A stretch of 64,000 nucleotides of DNA from NCBI GenBank assembly GCA_047602425.1, contig JASGHG010000001.1:3808001-3872000 (forward strand). Direction: 5' to 3'. Below, piece after piece: positions 1 through 10,091 of the stretch. A model generated the notes under the pieces. That model did no database searches, was not told the DNA's origin, and was given only the letters and a program-made list of their open reading frames with translations. The position numbers were made by a program, and so were the translations under genes. Within the stretch, counting starts at the first letter, position 1; every line of letters starts with the position of its first letter. This stretch comes from Nibricoccus sp. GTDB taxonomy: Bacteria > Verrucomicrobiota > Verrucomicrobiia > Opitutales > Opitutaceae.

Positions 1-1551
1 TGGCATGAAATTATCGATGCCCGAGTTTTTTCCGCCCATGCCGAGAATACTGCCGTCTTTCCGCAGGACAAACGTTGTGTGGCGACCAAACGTCCGGCCG
101 AGCGTGTCGTGCCAGGTCGTGCCATCGTCGGTGGCCCAAAGCATCGATTGCGAGCCGAGCGGATCGCCCTCAGCTGCATCGACCGCGAGATACGTGCGAC
201 CGTTGTTATCGCGAATCACGGAGTTGATGGGCTGGGGCCGTTCAAGCGCGGAGCCGAGCGGGCCAGTGATGCGAGGAAAGTTCACGCTGCTCCACGTGGC
301 GCCCAGATCGTTGGAGGTAAGAAATTGAAACGGGAAATGGCCTTCCTCATGGGGATTGCCCCAGAACAACCAGAGCTTACCGCCATCCGCCCAGAGTAAC
401 GGCGCGTGATCGTTGGCGCCCGGCGTGTCGATGAACGGGCAGGGCATGTCCCATTGTTCGGCGCCGAAACGCAGTCGGGCTGCGATCAAACTCACTTCGG
501 GTTCGTATTCCCAACTCGACGAATAAATCACCAACAAGGCGTCGCCATTGGGCAGCACGGCGAAACCAGGACTGTGGTTGTGATGGCGAAATGACGGATG
601 CAGACCGGCGCGGTGTTCCTTCACAAAATCGATCGTGCCCTCCAACGGCATGGGCAGCATCCGCCGACGTCGCAGGTACGGCTTGGCCGGATCGGGACCG
701 CGAAGCACATCGTCGGAAGTCGCAGTAGAGAGCTTGACGCCTTGGGTCATAAACGACGGTTCGGCTGCGAGGGGCGCGGTCTGAACCGCTGGAGCGAGCA
801 CGACACGAAACCCGATACGGTGGAGGCCGTATTTTTGCGGATTGGGATCCGTTGACGAGGCGGGGGCGAAATTCGGCGGGGCGCCGGCGCGGTTTGACGG
901 GCGGAGGTAATTGTCGGGTTTGAATTTCTCCGGCGTGTCGAGATAACCGCCACGCACGACCTTCATGAAACCGCTGGCGCGACCCGCAGGATCGCGTTGA
1001 GTGGCGAAAGAATATTCGCCGTACCAATCCGCGCACCACTCCACCGGACCGTTGTACAATTGGCGCAAGCCCCAGGGATGAATCGCCTTTCCGGTGGTTT
1101 CCCACGTGGCGCCATCTTTTCGTCCGGCGCGAGCGGCGAACTCCCATTCCGCCTCGGTGGGCAGGCGGTAGTTCCGTCCCTCTTTGTGGCTCAGCCACGC
1201 GCAAAACGCGACGGCGTCATGCCAGCTCATACCTGCTGCGTAAGGCTTGTAGGCATCGTTGAGCGGCGCGTCGGGTTTGAACTGGCGAAATTGCTCTGCG
1301 GTGACCTCGGTCTCCCCGATGAAGAACGGGGCCGAGATCGCGACTTGATGCGTGGGCGACTCGTCCCAATTGGCCGGCTTCAACGCCGAGCCCATCGTAA
1401 ATTCTCCGGCGGCGACCGGCACGAGTTTCATCCCGAGGGAGTTGGTGATTGGTTCGGCTGCGCGGGCTCTCAACGCGAGGGCGAGCGAGAGCGACACGCC
1501 CGCGAGCAAAAGTACCTTGGTCGATGAAGCAGGTGCAGGAGGGATTTTCAT
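1..1551 (-). CDS. Secreted FGE-sulfatase (SUMF1) domain protein with C-terminal BNR/Asp-box sialidase-like domain; partial, runs off the left edge
   Basis: Not in the ORF track. Manual translation from ATG 1551 gives a signal-like N-terminus, then TNSLGMKLVPVAAGEFTMGS...FFIGETEVT...SWHDAVAFCAWLS...YRLPTEAEWEFAARAG (FGE motifs). The same frame later reads TSNDLGATWS (Asp-box). Confidence 0.8.
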   Translation of the reverse strand, partial: MKIPPAPASSTKVLLLAGVSLSLALALRARAAEPITNSLGMKLVPVAAGEFTMGSALKPANWDESPTHQVAISAPFFIGETEVTAEQFRQFKPDAPLNDAYKPYAAGMSWHDAVAFCAWLSHKEGRNYRLPTEAEWEFAARAGRKDGATWETTGKAIHPWGLRQLYNGPVEWCADWYGEYSFATQRDPAGRASGFMKVVRGGYLDTPEKFKPDNYLRPSNRAGAPPNFAPASSTDPNPQKYGLHRIGFRVVLAPAVQTAPLAAEPSFMTQGVKLSTATSDDVLRGPDPAKPYLRRRRMLPMPLEGTIDFVKEHRAGLHPSFRHHNHSPGFAVLPNGDALLVIYSSSWEYEPEVSLIAARLRFGAEQWDMPCPFIDTPGANDHAPLLWADGGKLWLFWGNPHEEGHFPFQFLTSNDLGATWSSVNFPRITGPLGSALERPQPINSVIRDNNGRTYLAVDAAEGDPLGSQSMLWATDDGTTWHDTLGRTFGRHTTFVLRKDGSILGMGGKNSGIDNFMP

Positions 1552-1583
1552 GGGGATGGGACGAGCATGCGGACGTTTTTCGC

Positions 1584-2327
1584 TCAGAGATTTTTCAGGC
1601 GGATGTTGCGATATTCGATTTTCATGGGAGGCCCGACGTGCACCTGCACGCCCAATAGTCCTTCCGATCTTCGATGGGCAGCATCGTCGTCGATCACCAC
1701 GCTCATCACGTGGCCGTTGACGATGTGCGTGAGCACGTGGCCGCGCGCGATGAGGTGAACCTCGTTCCAGTCCTCTTTTTTGATGAAGGAGGCGAGCTGT
1801 GGGGCCTCGCCGAGTGAGGCGATCACCGCGGGTTTAGCGGACGAATTGATGGTCACGGCTTCACCTCGTTTGGCCAGAAACGTGCGGCCCTTTTCCTCGT
1901 AGTTCTGGCCGGTGTAGCGATCCGCACCGTCGATATCCGCCTGATAGCCGCGCATGGCCCACTTCTGGCCTTCGATTTCGGTGCTGCGATAGTTGATGCC
2001 GCTGTTGCCCTTGGCGGTGACGCGATATTCGAGCTTCAATTCGAAATCGCGGGTGGTCCCGGCTCGCCAGATGATAAACGAATTCTGTTTCAGCAGAGTC
2101 TCCGGCGTGACCTCGCCGACCAGTGCGCCGTTTTCCACGCGCCAATATTTGGGATCGCCTTCCCAGCCATTGAGGGACTGGCCGTCGAAGATCGTAATGA
2201 AACCATCGTCAGGCGAAGGCGCGATGGTTGCGGATTGCGATTGAGCGAGAGCAAAGGGCAGCGCGATGCCGAGCGAAATCGCGAGTGCAATGAGCCGCGC
2301 GAGGAAGGGGAATGAAATGTTACGCAT
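1584..2327 (-). CDS. DUF1080 (3-keto-disaccharide hydrolase-like) secreted protein
   Basis: IFDGQSLNGW, DFELKLEY, NSGINYR, GYQADI, DWNEVHLIARG, IEYRNIRLK motifs; signal peptide from MRNISF. Confidence 0.85.
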   Translation of the reverse strand: MRNISFPFLARLIALAISLGIALPFALAQSQSATIAPSPDDGFITIFDGQSLNGWEGDPKYWRVENGALVGEVTPETLLKQNSFIIWRAGTTRDFELKLEYRVTAKGNSGINYRSTEIEGQKWAMRGYQADIDGADRYTGQNYEEKGRTFLAKRGEAVTINSSAKPAVIASLGEAPQLASFIKKEDWNEVHLIARGHVLTHIVNGHVMSVVIDDDAAHRRSEGLLGVQVHVGPPMKIEYRNIRLKNL

Positions 2328-2427
2328 GGGGCGGGGTTGAACGAAGTCGTCTCGGCAGTGACGTTTCGCAACCCGAGGCGTTACGCGGTTTTCGAGACGT
2401 TGAACGGCCCCGCCCGCCGAACCTGAA

Positions 2428-3351
2428 TCACATCGCTGCCTTGGCGGCGGTGGCCATGGCGGCGACGGGGACTTCGCGGCCGGTCCAAATCGAGAGCGCC
2501 TTGGCTCCTTGATGGATGAGCATCGAGAGGCCATTGGCGTTGGGGATTTTTAACTGTTCGGCTTGGGCGAGGAGCTTGGTCTGCGGTGGGTTGTAGATCA
2601 TGTCGTACACACCGGAGGGGCACGGAAGTTTCGCCAGGTCGGCTGGCGGAGCGTCGGTATCCTTGAGGCCGGCGGAAGTGGCATTGATCACAATGGCGCC
2701 GGTGGGCAGTTCGGCGGGCGGTGTTGCCGGATCGAAGCCATGCAGCGGGATGCCTTTGGCGATGGAAGACAGTTGTTGCAGCAGCGAGTCGCGGTTGGCG
2801 GCGGTGCGATTGGCGAGCCACAGGGAACGGCAGTGGCGTTGCAAGCATTCGACGGCGGCGCCACGGGCGGCTCCGCCGGCCCCGAGGAGAATGATGTGCG
2901 AACGGGAGACATCGAGGCCGAGGTCTTCGCGAATGGCGGTGGCGAGGCCGTGGCCATCGGTGTTGAAACCTTGCCAGCCTTTTTCGGTCGCGAGGAGCGT
3001 ATTGACGGCGCCGATGGGCTGGGCGGCGGAATCGATCGCGCCGGCGAGACGACCGGAGGAAATTAAGTCGTTGGCGATGACTTTGTGCGGGATGGTGAGG
3101 TTGAGACCGCGGAAGTTTTTGGCGCGAAAACGTTCGAGGGCGCGCGGGAGATCTTCAGGTGGAATGTCGAAGCGGAAGTAACGCCAGTTGGAGAACTGTT
3201 TGTCGGTGCGGGCGAGTTCGGCCAGCGCGGCATTATGCATGGCCGGGCTAATGGAGTGTTTAATCGGATGGCCGAGCACGGCGAGGGCGACGCCGGGAAA
3301 GTTCCAGCTATCGAGATCGGAAAGAGTGTGGACGGGTTCAGGGGTGGCCAT
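2428..3351 (-). CDS. aroE: Shikimate dehydrogenase
   Basis: LGHPIKHSISPAMHN, GLNLTIPHK, GAVNT, GFNTDGHG, LGAGGAARG, DMIYNP, GLSMLIHQG. Confidence 0.95.
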   Translation of the reverse strand: MATPEPVHTLSDLDSWNFPGVALAVLGHPIKHSISPAMHNAALAELARTDKQFSNWRYFRFDIPPEDLPRALERFRAKNFRGLNLTIPHKVIANDLISSGRLAGAIDSAAQPIGAVNTLLATEKGWQGFNTDGHGLATAIREDLGLDVSRSHIILLGAGGAARGAAVECLQRHCRSLWLANRTAANRDSLLQQLSSIAKGIPLHGFDPATPPAELPTGAIVINATSAGLKDTDAPPADLAKLPCPSGVYDMIYNPPQTKLLAQAEQLKIPNANGLSMLIHQGAKALSIWTGREVPVAAMATAAKAAM

Positions 3352-3375
3352 GTTAACGCGGAGTTTTTAGAAGGG

Positions 3376-3600
3376 CCACAGAGGGCACGGAGCGATGACA
3401 CAGAGTTCACGGAGGAAATGCCATGGAAAATTTTAGGTGGAAGGTGGCAGTTTTTAACCACGGCGGCGCAGGAGTTCAGAGTGTGGATTTTTTTCAGGAG
3501 AAAACGGAGAGAACAGAGATGGAGACGGTGAACCAAGCACGCATGGTCTTTCCATCACTACAACTCTGTGCCTCTGTGTCTTCGCTCTGTGTTCTCTGCG
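3376..3600. repeat. Intergenic imperfect inverted repeat built from CACAGAG-like units
   Basis: ccacagagggcacggagcgatgacacagagttcacggag (3376-3414) vs reverse complement of 3564-3600 (cgcagagaacacagagcgaagacacagaggcacagag). Confidence 0.65.
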
Positions 3601-3637
3601 ACCCAACTGCCTATTTTAAACCTACCTTGGTTCCTAT

Positions 3638-4507
3638 TTACGGCTGAGCGTGGTGGTTGTAGGTGGTTTCGAATTCCTCGACGAAGCTGGCAAAGAGGCG
3701 GGCATGGACGGTGTCATTGGCGGCTTCGTAATGATGCACGAGATTGCGGCAGCAACGGCAGAGGACCTCCCGCACGGGCGTGGGCGCGAGGTCGCTGATT
3801 TGGGGCGAGATATTGCGGGCCCGGAGCCAGTCGAAAAGGCTATCGGGCGTGCGAAAGGCGCCGTTTTCGAACGGGTCGATAAAGAAAGGTTCACCCTCGG
3901 TGTAGCAACCCACGACGAAATGGCCGGGCAGGCCGACGGGTTCAATTTCCAAGCCGACGCGATGGGCGACGAGCAGGTAGACGATGCTGAGGGAAATGGG
4001 CAGGCCTTTGCGGCGAGTGAGGACCTGGTCAAGGTAGCTGTTGAGCGGGTCCATGTAATGCTCGGCGTTGCCGTGAAAACCGTTTTCGTGAAAAAGCACG
4101 CGGTTGAGAATACGGCATTTTTCGCGGGCGGTCATCGGCTCGGCGAAGAGTTCGCGGCAGCGGGCGGCGAGGGCGTCGAGTTGTTCGCAGCAATGGGCGA
4201 TATCGATACGCGGGTGAACGGTGCGGCTGAGGAGCAGGGCTCCGGTTTCGAGTTCGTAATTGAGCGAGCGGATGAAGCCGCGGAATTCGGCGACAGGGTC
4301 GGAGAACTTTAATTCTTCAAGAAACCAGCGGGCGTGGAACGCGAGGGGACGATTGTTGCCGTTGGCGATCGATTTCAGAAAGTGGAGCGCCGCGGTTTGG
4401 TGTTCAAGAAAGTGAGTGAGAAGCGCCTGGCGAACGGACGGCTGGGGGTCGTCGAGCAATTCCAGAAACGCGGTCTGGAGTTCGGAGCTGAGGCGTTCGT
4501 TTTCCAC
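3638..4507 (-). CDS. SirB1/transglutaminase-like (Transglut_core2) protein
   Basis: GFHGNAEHYMDPLNSYLDQVLTRRKGLPISLSIVY...GLPGHF...FIDPF motif. Confidence 0.85.
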   Translation of the reverse strand: MENERLSSELQTAFLELLDDPQPSVRQALLTHFLEHQTAALHFLKSIANGNNRPLAFHARWFLEELKFSDPVAEFRGFIRSLNYELETGALLLSRTVHPRIDIAHCCEQLDALAARCRELFAEPMTAREKCRILNRVLFHENGFHGNAEHYMDPLNSYLDQVLTRRKGLPISLSIVYLLVAHRVGLEIEPVGLPGHFVVGCYTEGEPFFIDPFENGAFRTPDSLFDWLRARNISPQISDLAPTPVREVLCRCCRNLVHHYEAANDTVHARLFASFVEEFETTYNHHAQP

Positions 4508-4754
4508 GCGGGAAATGACACCGGAAATAAAGCGGCTCGCAACCAGTATTGGCAGGGCGAAAACTATCAGTTGTTGGAATGGAACACCCGAGGCCCGACC
4601 TCGGCGCGGGGCACTGGCCGGCGCTTAATTTTTAAAAATTTTGTGAGGCTGGAGGACGGGACGTGGGGGGCGGATTGTGCCTCGACAAAGGTGGCGGGGC
4701 TGGCTTCGTTGTGCCTAGCCCGTTCACGGGCAATTCCAAGCATCACGCCAGCTC

Positions 4755-7700
4755 ATGAAGTTATATCAGTTTTCGCGCAATCAGTTGACTGCGATCGGAG
4801 CGATCGCGGGGGTGACTGCGTTGGTGGGCTGGGCGATCAACGGCGTGATCCCCAAGTATTTTCCCGCCGGCGATATTGTCTTTTTGACTTTGGCGGCGGT
4901 GGCCGCTGCCGGCGCGATGACCATGTTAACCAGCCAGCGTTTGTGGCGGGAATTGGATCAGCGGAACCGCGAGTTGCAGATCTCGGAGGAGCGCCATCGT
5001 TTGTTGTTGGAGCAGGCAAGTGACGCGATTCTCGTATATGAAGCGCAGACCGGTCTGATCGTGGAGGCCAACCGCGTCGCTTGCGAAGTGCTCGGTTGGA
5101 AGGAAAAAGAGGTAATCGGCCAACGTCATACCGTGCTGCATTCGCCGTCGGAGCGTGATACGATCCGCCGTTCCTTCGAGGCGCACGTGAAACATGGTGG
5201 TATCGTTGAAAACGAGATCCTCATGAAGCACCGCAACGGGGAAGTTATCCCGATGCATGCCCGCTCATCATTAGTGACGACAGGGGCAAAGCGTTATGTG
5301 CAGTCGATCTTACGCGATCTGCGACCCCGCTTGAAGGCCGAGGAAGCCTTGCGAGTTTCCGAATCGAGACTGCGCGAGATTTTCGAACGCACGCCTGTGG
5401 CAATCGTCGAAGGAGATTTCACGGCGGTCGGACGTTGGTTGCAGGAGCTACGCACCGCGGGCGTAACGGAACTGGATCTTTATCTGAAGGCGAATCCCGG
5501 AATGCTCGCCGAGCAATACGTCAACGTGAGAGTGACCGGAGCGAATCCGGCGGCTTTGCGCCTGTCACGCGTCCCCGACTTGGTCACTTACGCTCAGCGT
5601 CGACAGACCTCAATCACGCCCGAAGTATTGAAGACGTTCCAAGCCGAATTGGAGGCCATCTGGCACGGGCGTTCCGAGTTGGTCTGCGATCTGCCGCATG
5701 GACCGGGCGGAGGCAGCACGGGACCGAGCGTAATGCATTGGAGCGTGGCGAAGATCGATGACTGCCTCGACCTGCGCCGCGTGGTTGTCGTTTATTCCGA
5801 TCTGAGCGACCTGCGCGCAACCGAGGCGCGTTTGCGCGAGGTGGAGGACCGATGGGAACTCGCCGTCAAGGCGCTCAACGTCGGCATTTACGAGAAGAAT
5901 TTTGTCACTGGCGATGGTTATGTTTCGGACCGTTGGAAACAAATCCTCGGTTTTACCCCTGACGAATTGGTCGGCGGAGCCGGCGAATGGCAGGCCCGCA
6001 TCCATCCGGACGATCATGACCGCGTGATCGCGCAATTGCAGGCCCACCTGCGGGGCGAGTCCGAGTACTACCGGGCTGAATACAGACTGCTTTGCAAGGA
6101 CGGCCAATACAAGTGGGTCGAGGCCCGCGGCCGGGCTTTGTTCGACGAAAAGGGCCAGCCCCAACGCCTGATCGGCGCGCATGCCGACATCAGCGAAAAC
6201 AAAAAGGCCGACGCCGCGCTGCGTTCGTCCGAGCTGCGCTTCCGCGAACTTTTCGAACGCACTCCCGTCTCGATTCTCGAAGAGGATTTTGCCGAGGTGG
6301 GTTATTGGTTGAAACAGCAAGCCCTGAACACACGTGCAGAGCTTGAAGCGGCATTGAACGAACAGCCGGAGCTCTTGTGCGAAGGATACCGGTTGATCCG
6401 CCTGCGCGCGGCCAATCGCCATGCCATGGCTTATCTGTCGGAAGCTTCTCTCGGTGGAAGTACCCCGCGCGAAAAACTGGCGCCGCCGGCCAGTGTGTTG
6501 AGCGCGTTTCGCGAGGAGCTGATCGCCATCCTTGAAGGACGCGACGAAGTGAATGCCGAAGTGAGCTTCGTGGACGCCCGCGGTCAGGCTCATTACCAGA
6601 CTGTGCGCTGGTCGGTTGCGAGGTTGGAAGACGGTATGCTCGATCTGGGCCGGGTGCTCGTGGTCCTTGTCGATATCACTGAGATCAAGAACGCCGAGGA
6701 GAATGTCCGACAAGCCGAGGAACGCTGGGAACTCGCCGTTCGCGGCACCCAGGACGGCATCTGGGAGTTTAATCTCAGGACGCAAAAATGTTTCTATTCC
6801 GACCGCTGGAAACAGATGCTCGGATACGAACCAGATGAAATCGGCACAGGCCGCGACGAGTTGTTGACGCGCATTCATCCCGACGATCTGGGCCGCGTCA
6901 ACGACGCCTTCGAGACGCATTGCCGCGGTGCCACGGAATTTTTTCACTGCGAATTCCGGGTGCTTTGCAAAGACGGTTCGTACCGCTGGATTTTGTCGCG
7001 CGGCCAGGCCACCTTCGACGCCTCGGGCACCGCGCAACGCGTGCTCGGCTCTCACACCGACATCACCGAACGCAAGCTCGCGGAGGACGCCTTGCGCGAA
7101 AGCGAGACGCGCTTCCGCGTGCTCTTCGAGCATTCGCCGGTCGCGATTGTCGAGCAGGACTACCGCGCGATCGCGACATGGATCAAGGAGCTCCGGGAAA
7201 AAGGCGTGACCGATCTGCACGCCTACATGGATGCCAATCCCGACGAGGTCGCCCGCGTCATGGGCCTTGTGGCGGTGGTGAATTTGAATCAGGAAACGGT
7301 CCGCATGGCGCGGGCCAGCTCGAAGAAGGAACTTCTCGAAAACCTATTGCAGGTGTTCACCGCGGATTCCTTGCGGGCGCGTCGCGACGCTTTTGTCGCC
7401 GTTTGGGATGGGCGCAACGAGATCGAAGGCGAAATCACTTTGCATGCGTTGGACGGCGCCGACCGCCGCGTTTATTTCCGCTGGTGGTTGCCCAACCTCG
7501 GCGGGCGTCAGGGCTTCGAATCGACGCAGTTGGTGCTTGTCGACTTGACCGATATCCGCAGCGCCGAGGCGGCCCTGGCCGCCGAACGCGAACGCTTGCG
7601 CGTGACCTTGCGCGCCATGGCCGAATGCCTGCTCACGACCGACACGGATGGAATCGTGCAATTCATGAACGAGGTCGCCGAACGCGCCACCGGCTGGCCC

Positions 7701-9095
7701 GCCGGCACAGCCATCGGACGCGGTGTGGAACAGGTTTGTGTGCTCCGCCACGACAAGACCAGGGCCAATATCACCATGCCGATTGCGCGTTCGATCTCCG
7801 AGCACCGCGTAGTCGATTTCCCACTACATTCGACCTTGATCAACCGACAGGGCGCGCAATGCATGGTCGACGGTCGCTGCGCGCCGATGCACGACCTTGC
7901 GGGCCGGGCGATCGGTGCGGTGGTCGTTTTCCGCGATATCACCGAACGCGTTCGTCTCGAAGCCGAACTACTCCGCTCCTCCAAGTTGGAATCGGTCGGC
8001 ATCCTTGCCGGTGGCATCGCGCACGATTTTAATAACATTCTCACCGTCGTCATGGGCAACGTCACCCTCGCCATGCTCGACTCGGGCGTGATGGCTGCCG
8101 CTGGCAAATGGTTGGGCGAAGCCGAGCGCGGCGTGTTGCGTGCCCGCGAATTGACTCAGCAGCTGCTCACATTCGCCAAGGGCGGCGAACCGGTCCGCAA
8201 GACCGTGCAACTTCAGCAGATCGTCCGCGAGGTCACGGAGTTCGCCCTGCACGGCTCGAAGGTCCTTTCCGAGTTTAAATTCGACGCGGATCTCTGGGCG
8301 GCCGATGTCGATAAGAGTCAGATCGGTCAGGTCGTGCAGAATCTCGTCATCAATGCCGTGCAGGCCATGCCCGAGGGTGGCCAGGTGGTGCTTTCGATTC
8401 ACAACGAAGAGGTCACGCCCGAATCCGCCCGTCCATTGCAGGTCGGCAAATACCTGCGCTTGGAAATCGCCGACACGGGCATGGGCATCCGGGCCGAGCA
8501 TTTGCAGCGTATCTTCGATCCGTATTTCACCACCAAGCAGTCGGGCAGCGGTCTGGGGTTGGCCACGGTTTACTCGATCGTACGCCGTCACCAGGGGCAT
8601 ATCGACGTCGATTCCGAATTGGGCAAGGGCACGACGTTCTACATCTGGCTTCCCGCCGTGCCCACAGCGGCCATTCCAGAACCGGAAACTCCCGACAAAC
8701 TCATCAACATGTCCGGGCGCGTCCTTTTCATGGATGATGAAGACACGATCCGCACGGTCGCGGTCACGTTGCTCGAACGTCTCGGCTTCAAACCCGATGC
8801 TGTGGCTGACGGCGCCGCGGCGGTCGAGGCCTACAAAAAGGCCCTCAACACCGACAATCCCTACCGTCTCGTGATCATGGATCTCACCGTCCCGGGCGGC
8901 ATGGGTGGCCGCGAAGCGATGGAGGAATTGATCAAGATCGATCCGCGTGTCCGTGCGATCGTTTCCAGCGGCTACTCCAGCGATCCCGTGCTTTCGAGCT
9001 ATCGCGCCCACGGTTTCCGCGGCATGGTGCCGAAACCTTACAAGCTCACCGATCTCGCCCGCACCATACGCAGTGTGTTGGAAGAATCTGCCTGA
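4755..9095 (+). CDS. Membrane-anchored multi-PAS hybrid sensor histidine kinase / response regulator
   Basis: Two N-terminal TM segments; multiple PAS/PAC units; H-box LAGGIAHDFNN; NLVINAVQAM, DTGMGI, FDPYFTTK, GSGLGL; C-terminal receiver (LFMDDE, IMDLTVPGGMGG, KPY). Confidence 0.95.
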   Translation: MKLYQFSRNQLTAIGAIAGVTALVGWAINGVIPKYFPAGDIVFLTLAAVAAAGAMTMLTSQRLWRELDQRNRELQISEERHRLLLEQASDAILVYEAQTGLIVEANRVACEVLGWKEKEVIGQRHTVLHSPSERDTIRRSFEAHVKHGGIVENEILMKHRNGEVIPMHARSSLVTTGAKRYVQSILRDLRPRLKAEEALRVSESRLREIFERTPVAIVEGDFTAVGRWLQELRTAGVTELDLYLKANPGMLAEQYVNVRVTGANPAALRLSRVPDLVTYAQRRQTSITPEVLKTFQAELEAIWHGRSELVCDLPHGPGGGSTGPSVMHWSVAKIDDCLDLRRVVVVYSDLSDLRATEARLREVEDRWELAVKALNVGIYEKNFVTGDGYVSDRWKQILGFTPDELVGGAGEWQARIHPDDHDRVIAQLQAHLRGESEYYRAEYRLLCKDGQYKWVEARGRALFDEKGQPQRLIGAHADISENKKADAALRSSELRFRELFERTPVSILEEDFAEVGYWLKQQALNTRAELEAALNEQPELLCEGYRLIRLRAANRHAMAYLSEASLGGSTPREKLAPPASVLSAFREELIAILEGRDEVNAEVSFVDARGQAHYQTVRWSVARLEDGMLDLGRVLVVLVDITEIKNAEENVRQAEERWELAVRGTQDGIWEFNLRTQKCFYSDRWKQMLGYEPDEIGTGRDELLTRIHPDDLGRVNDAFETHCRGATEFFHCEFRVLCKDGSYRWILSRGQATFDASGTAQRVLGSHTDITERKLAEDALRESETRFRVLFEHSPVAIVEQDYRAIATWIKELREKGVTDLHAYMDANPDEVARVMGLVAVVNLNQETVRMARASSKKELLENLLQVFTADSLRARRDAFVAVWDGRNEIEGEITLHALDGADRRVYFRWWLPNLGGRQGFESTQLVLVDLTDIRSAEAALAAERERLRVTLRAMAECLLTTDTDGIVQFMNEVAERATGWPAGTAIGRGVEQVCVLRHDKTRANITMPIARSISEHRVVDFPLHSTLINRQGAQCMVDGRCAPMHDLAGRAIGAVVVFRDITERVRLEAELLRSSKLESVGILAGGIAHDFNNILTVVMGNVTLAMLDSGVMAAAGKWLGEAERGVLRARELTQQLLTFAKGGEPVRKTVQLQQIVREVTEFALHGSKVLSEFKFDADLWAADVDKSQIGQVVQNLVINAVQAMPEGGQVVLSIHNEEVTPESARPLQVGKYLRLEIADTGMGIRAEHLQRIFDPYFTTKQSGSGLGLATVYSIVRRHQGHIDVDSELGKGTTFYIWLPAVPTAAIPEPETPDKLINMSGRVLFMDDEDTIRTVAVTLLERLGFKPDAVADGAAAVEAYKKALNTDNPYRLVIMDLTVPGGMGGREAMEELIKIDPRVRAIVSSGYSSDPVLSSYRAHGFRGMVPKPYKLTDLARTIRSVLEESA

Positions 9096-9098
9096 TTT

Positions 9099-10064
9099 AT
9101 GAAAAAACCGGTCACCTTTCTTTCGCTCGTTTTGTTTCTGCTTGCAGGTTCGGTCAGCATGTTTGCCGGCTTGCAGGCCGATCCGGCTGCGGTGGATCTC
9201 GGGCGCCGTCAGCAGGAACAAACCATCGCTTTCGAGGTGAAATTGGTGAACAACGGCAAGGCTCCGTTGGAAATTCTTTCCGTTAGGGCCGATTGCAGTT
9301 GCACGGCCGCGGCTCCGGGCAAACGCACGCTGGCCCCGGGCGAGAGTACGCCGCTTCAAGGTAGCGTGGAAACACGCGGTTACATCGGCCGCTTGCGGCG
9401 CAATGTCCTTGTTCAAACTTCCGCCGGCGAACTGACGATTCCCATCGATCTGAATATCTCGCTCTTCAAAAACTGGAGTCTGGAACCGTCGACAATCATC
9501 GTTCCTCCAAGTCCTAAGGGCCAGGTTGCGGAGGTGAAGGCGACGTTACAACATTTTGGAAACGGTCGCGTCCAGCTCGGCAAAATCACCTGCGCGCCCG
9601 ACTGGCTGCAGGCGGTTTCGAAAAGCGACGACGGCAAAAACTTTCAGCTGCAGTTTATCAAACCGGCCGACGCTCCGGCAGGAAACTACACGGTCAAGGT
9701 CGCCGTGGCGACGAACGATTCGGCAGAGCCAAATATTTCGTTTAATGTATTTGTTCCCATCACTTCGACGCTGCGCGTGTCGCCCAATCCCGTGGTGTTC
9801 CCAACCGTCAAGGCGGGACAAAAAACCGTGCGTGAAATCACCATCGTGGGTTGGACGGGAGGCGGCACGCCGCAGTTGGTTCTTCAGCTTGGTGAGGCTC
9901 GCTTGATCGATCACGAAAACGGCAAGTTTCGTTATGAATTGACCGTGACGCCCGCGAATCCGGGACCCTTCACGCAGTTGATGCGAGTCTACGACGGCGA
10001 CAAACTTGAGGCTGAGCTTCCTCTCATCGCCCGAGCCGAACCCGTCGAAGCGCCTAAACCGTAG
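9099..10064 (+). CDS. DUF1573-type Ig-like domain secreted protein
   Basis: Signal peptide; NNGKAPLEILSVRADCSCT...LAPGES motif; starts 3 bp after the kinase stop. Confidence 0.75.
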   Translation: MKKPVTFLSLVLFLLAGSVSMFAGLQADPAAVDLGRRQQEQTIAFEVKLVNNGKAPLEILSVRADCSCTAAAPGKRTLAPGESTPLQGSVETRGYIGRLRRNVLVQTSAGELTIPIDLNISLFKNWSLEPSTIIVPPSPKGQVAEVKATLQHFGNGRVQLGKITCAPDWLQAVSKSDDGKNFQLQFIKPADAPAGNYTVKVAVATNDSAEPNISFNVFVPITSTLRVSPNPVVFPTVKAGQKTVREITIVGWTGGGTPQLVLQLGEARLIDHENGKFRYELTVTPANPGPFTQLMRVYDGDKLEAELPLIARAEPVEAPKP

Positions 10065-10091
10065 GTCGCGCTTTTGGTTTTTTCGCGGAAA

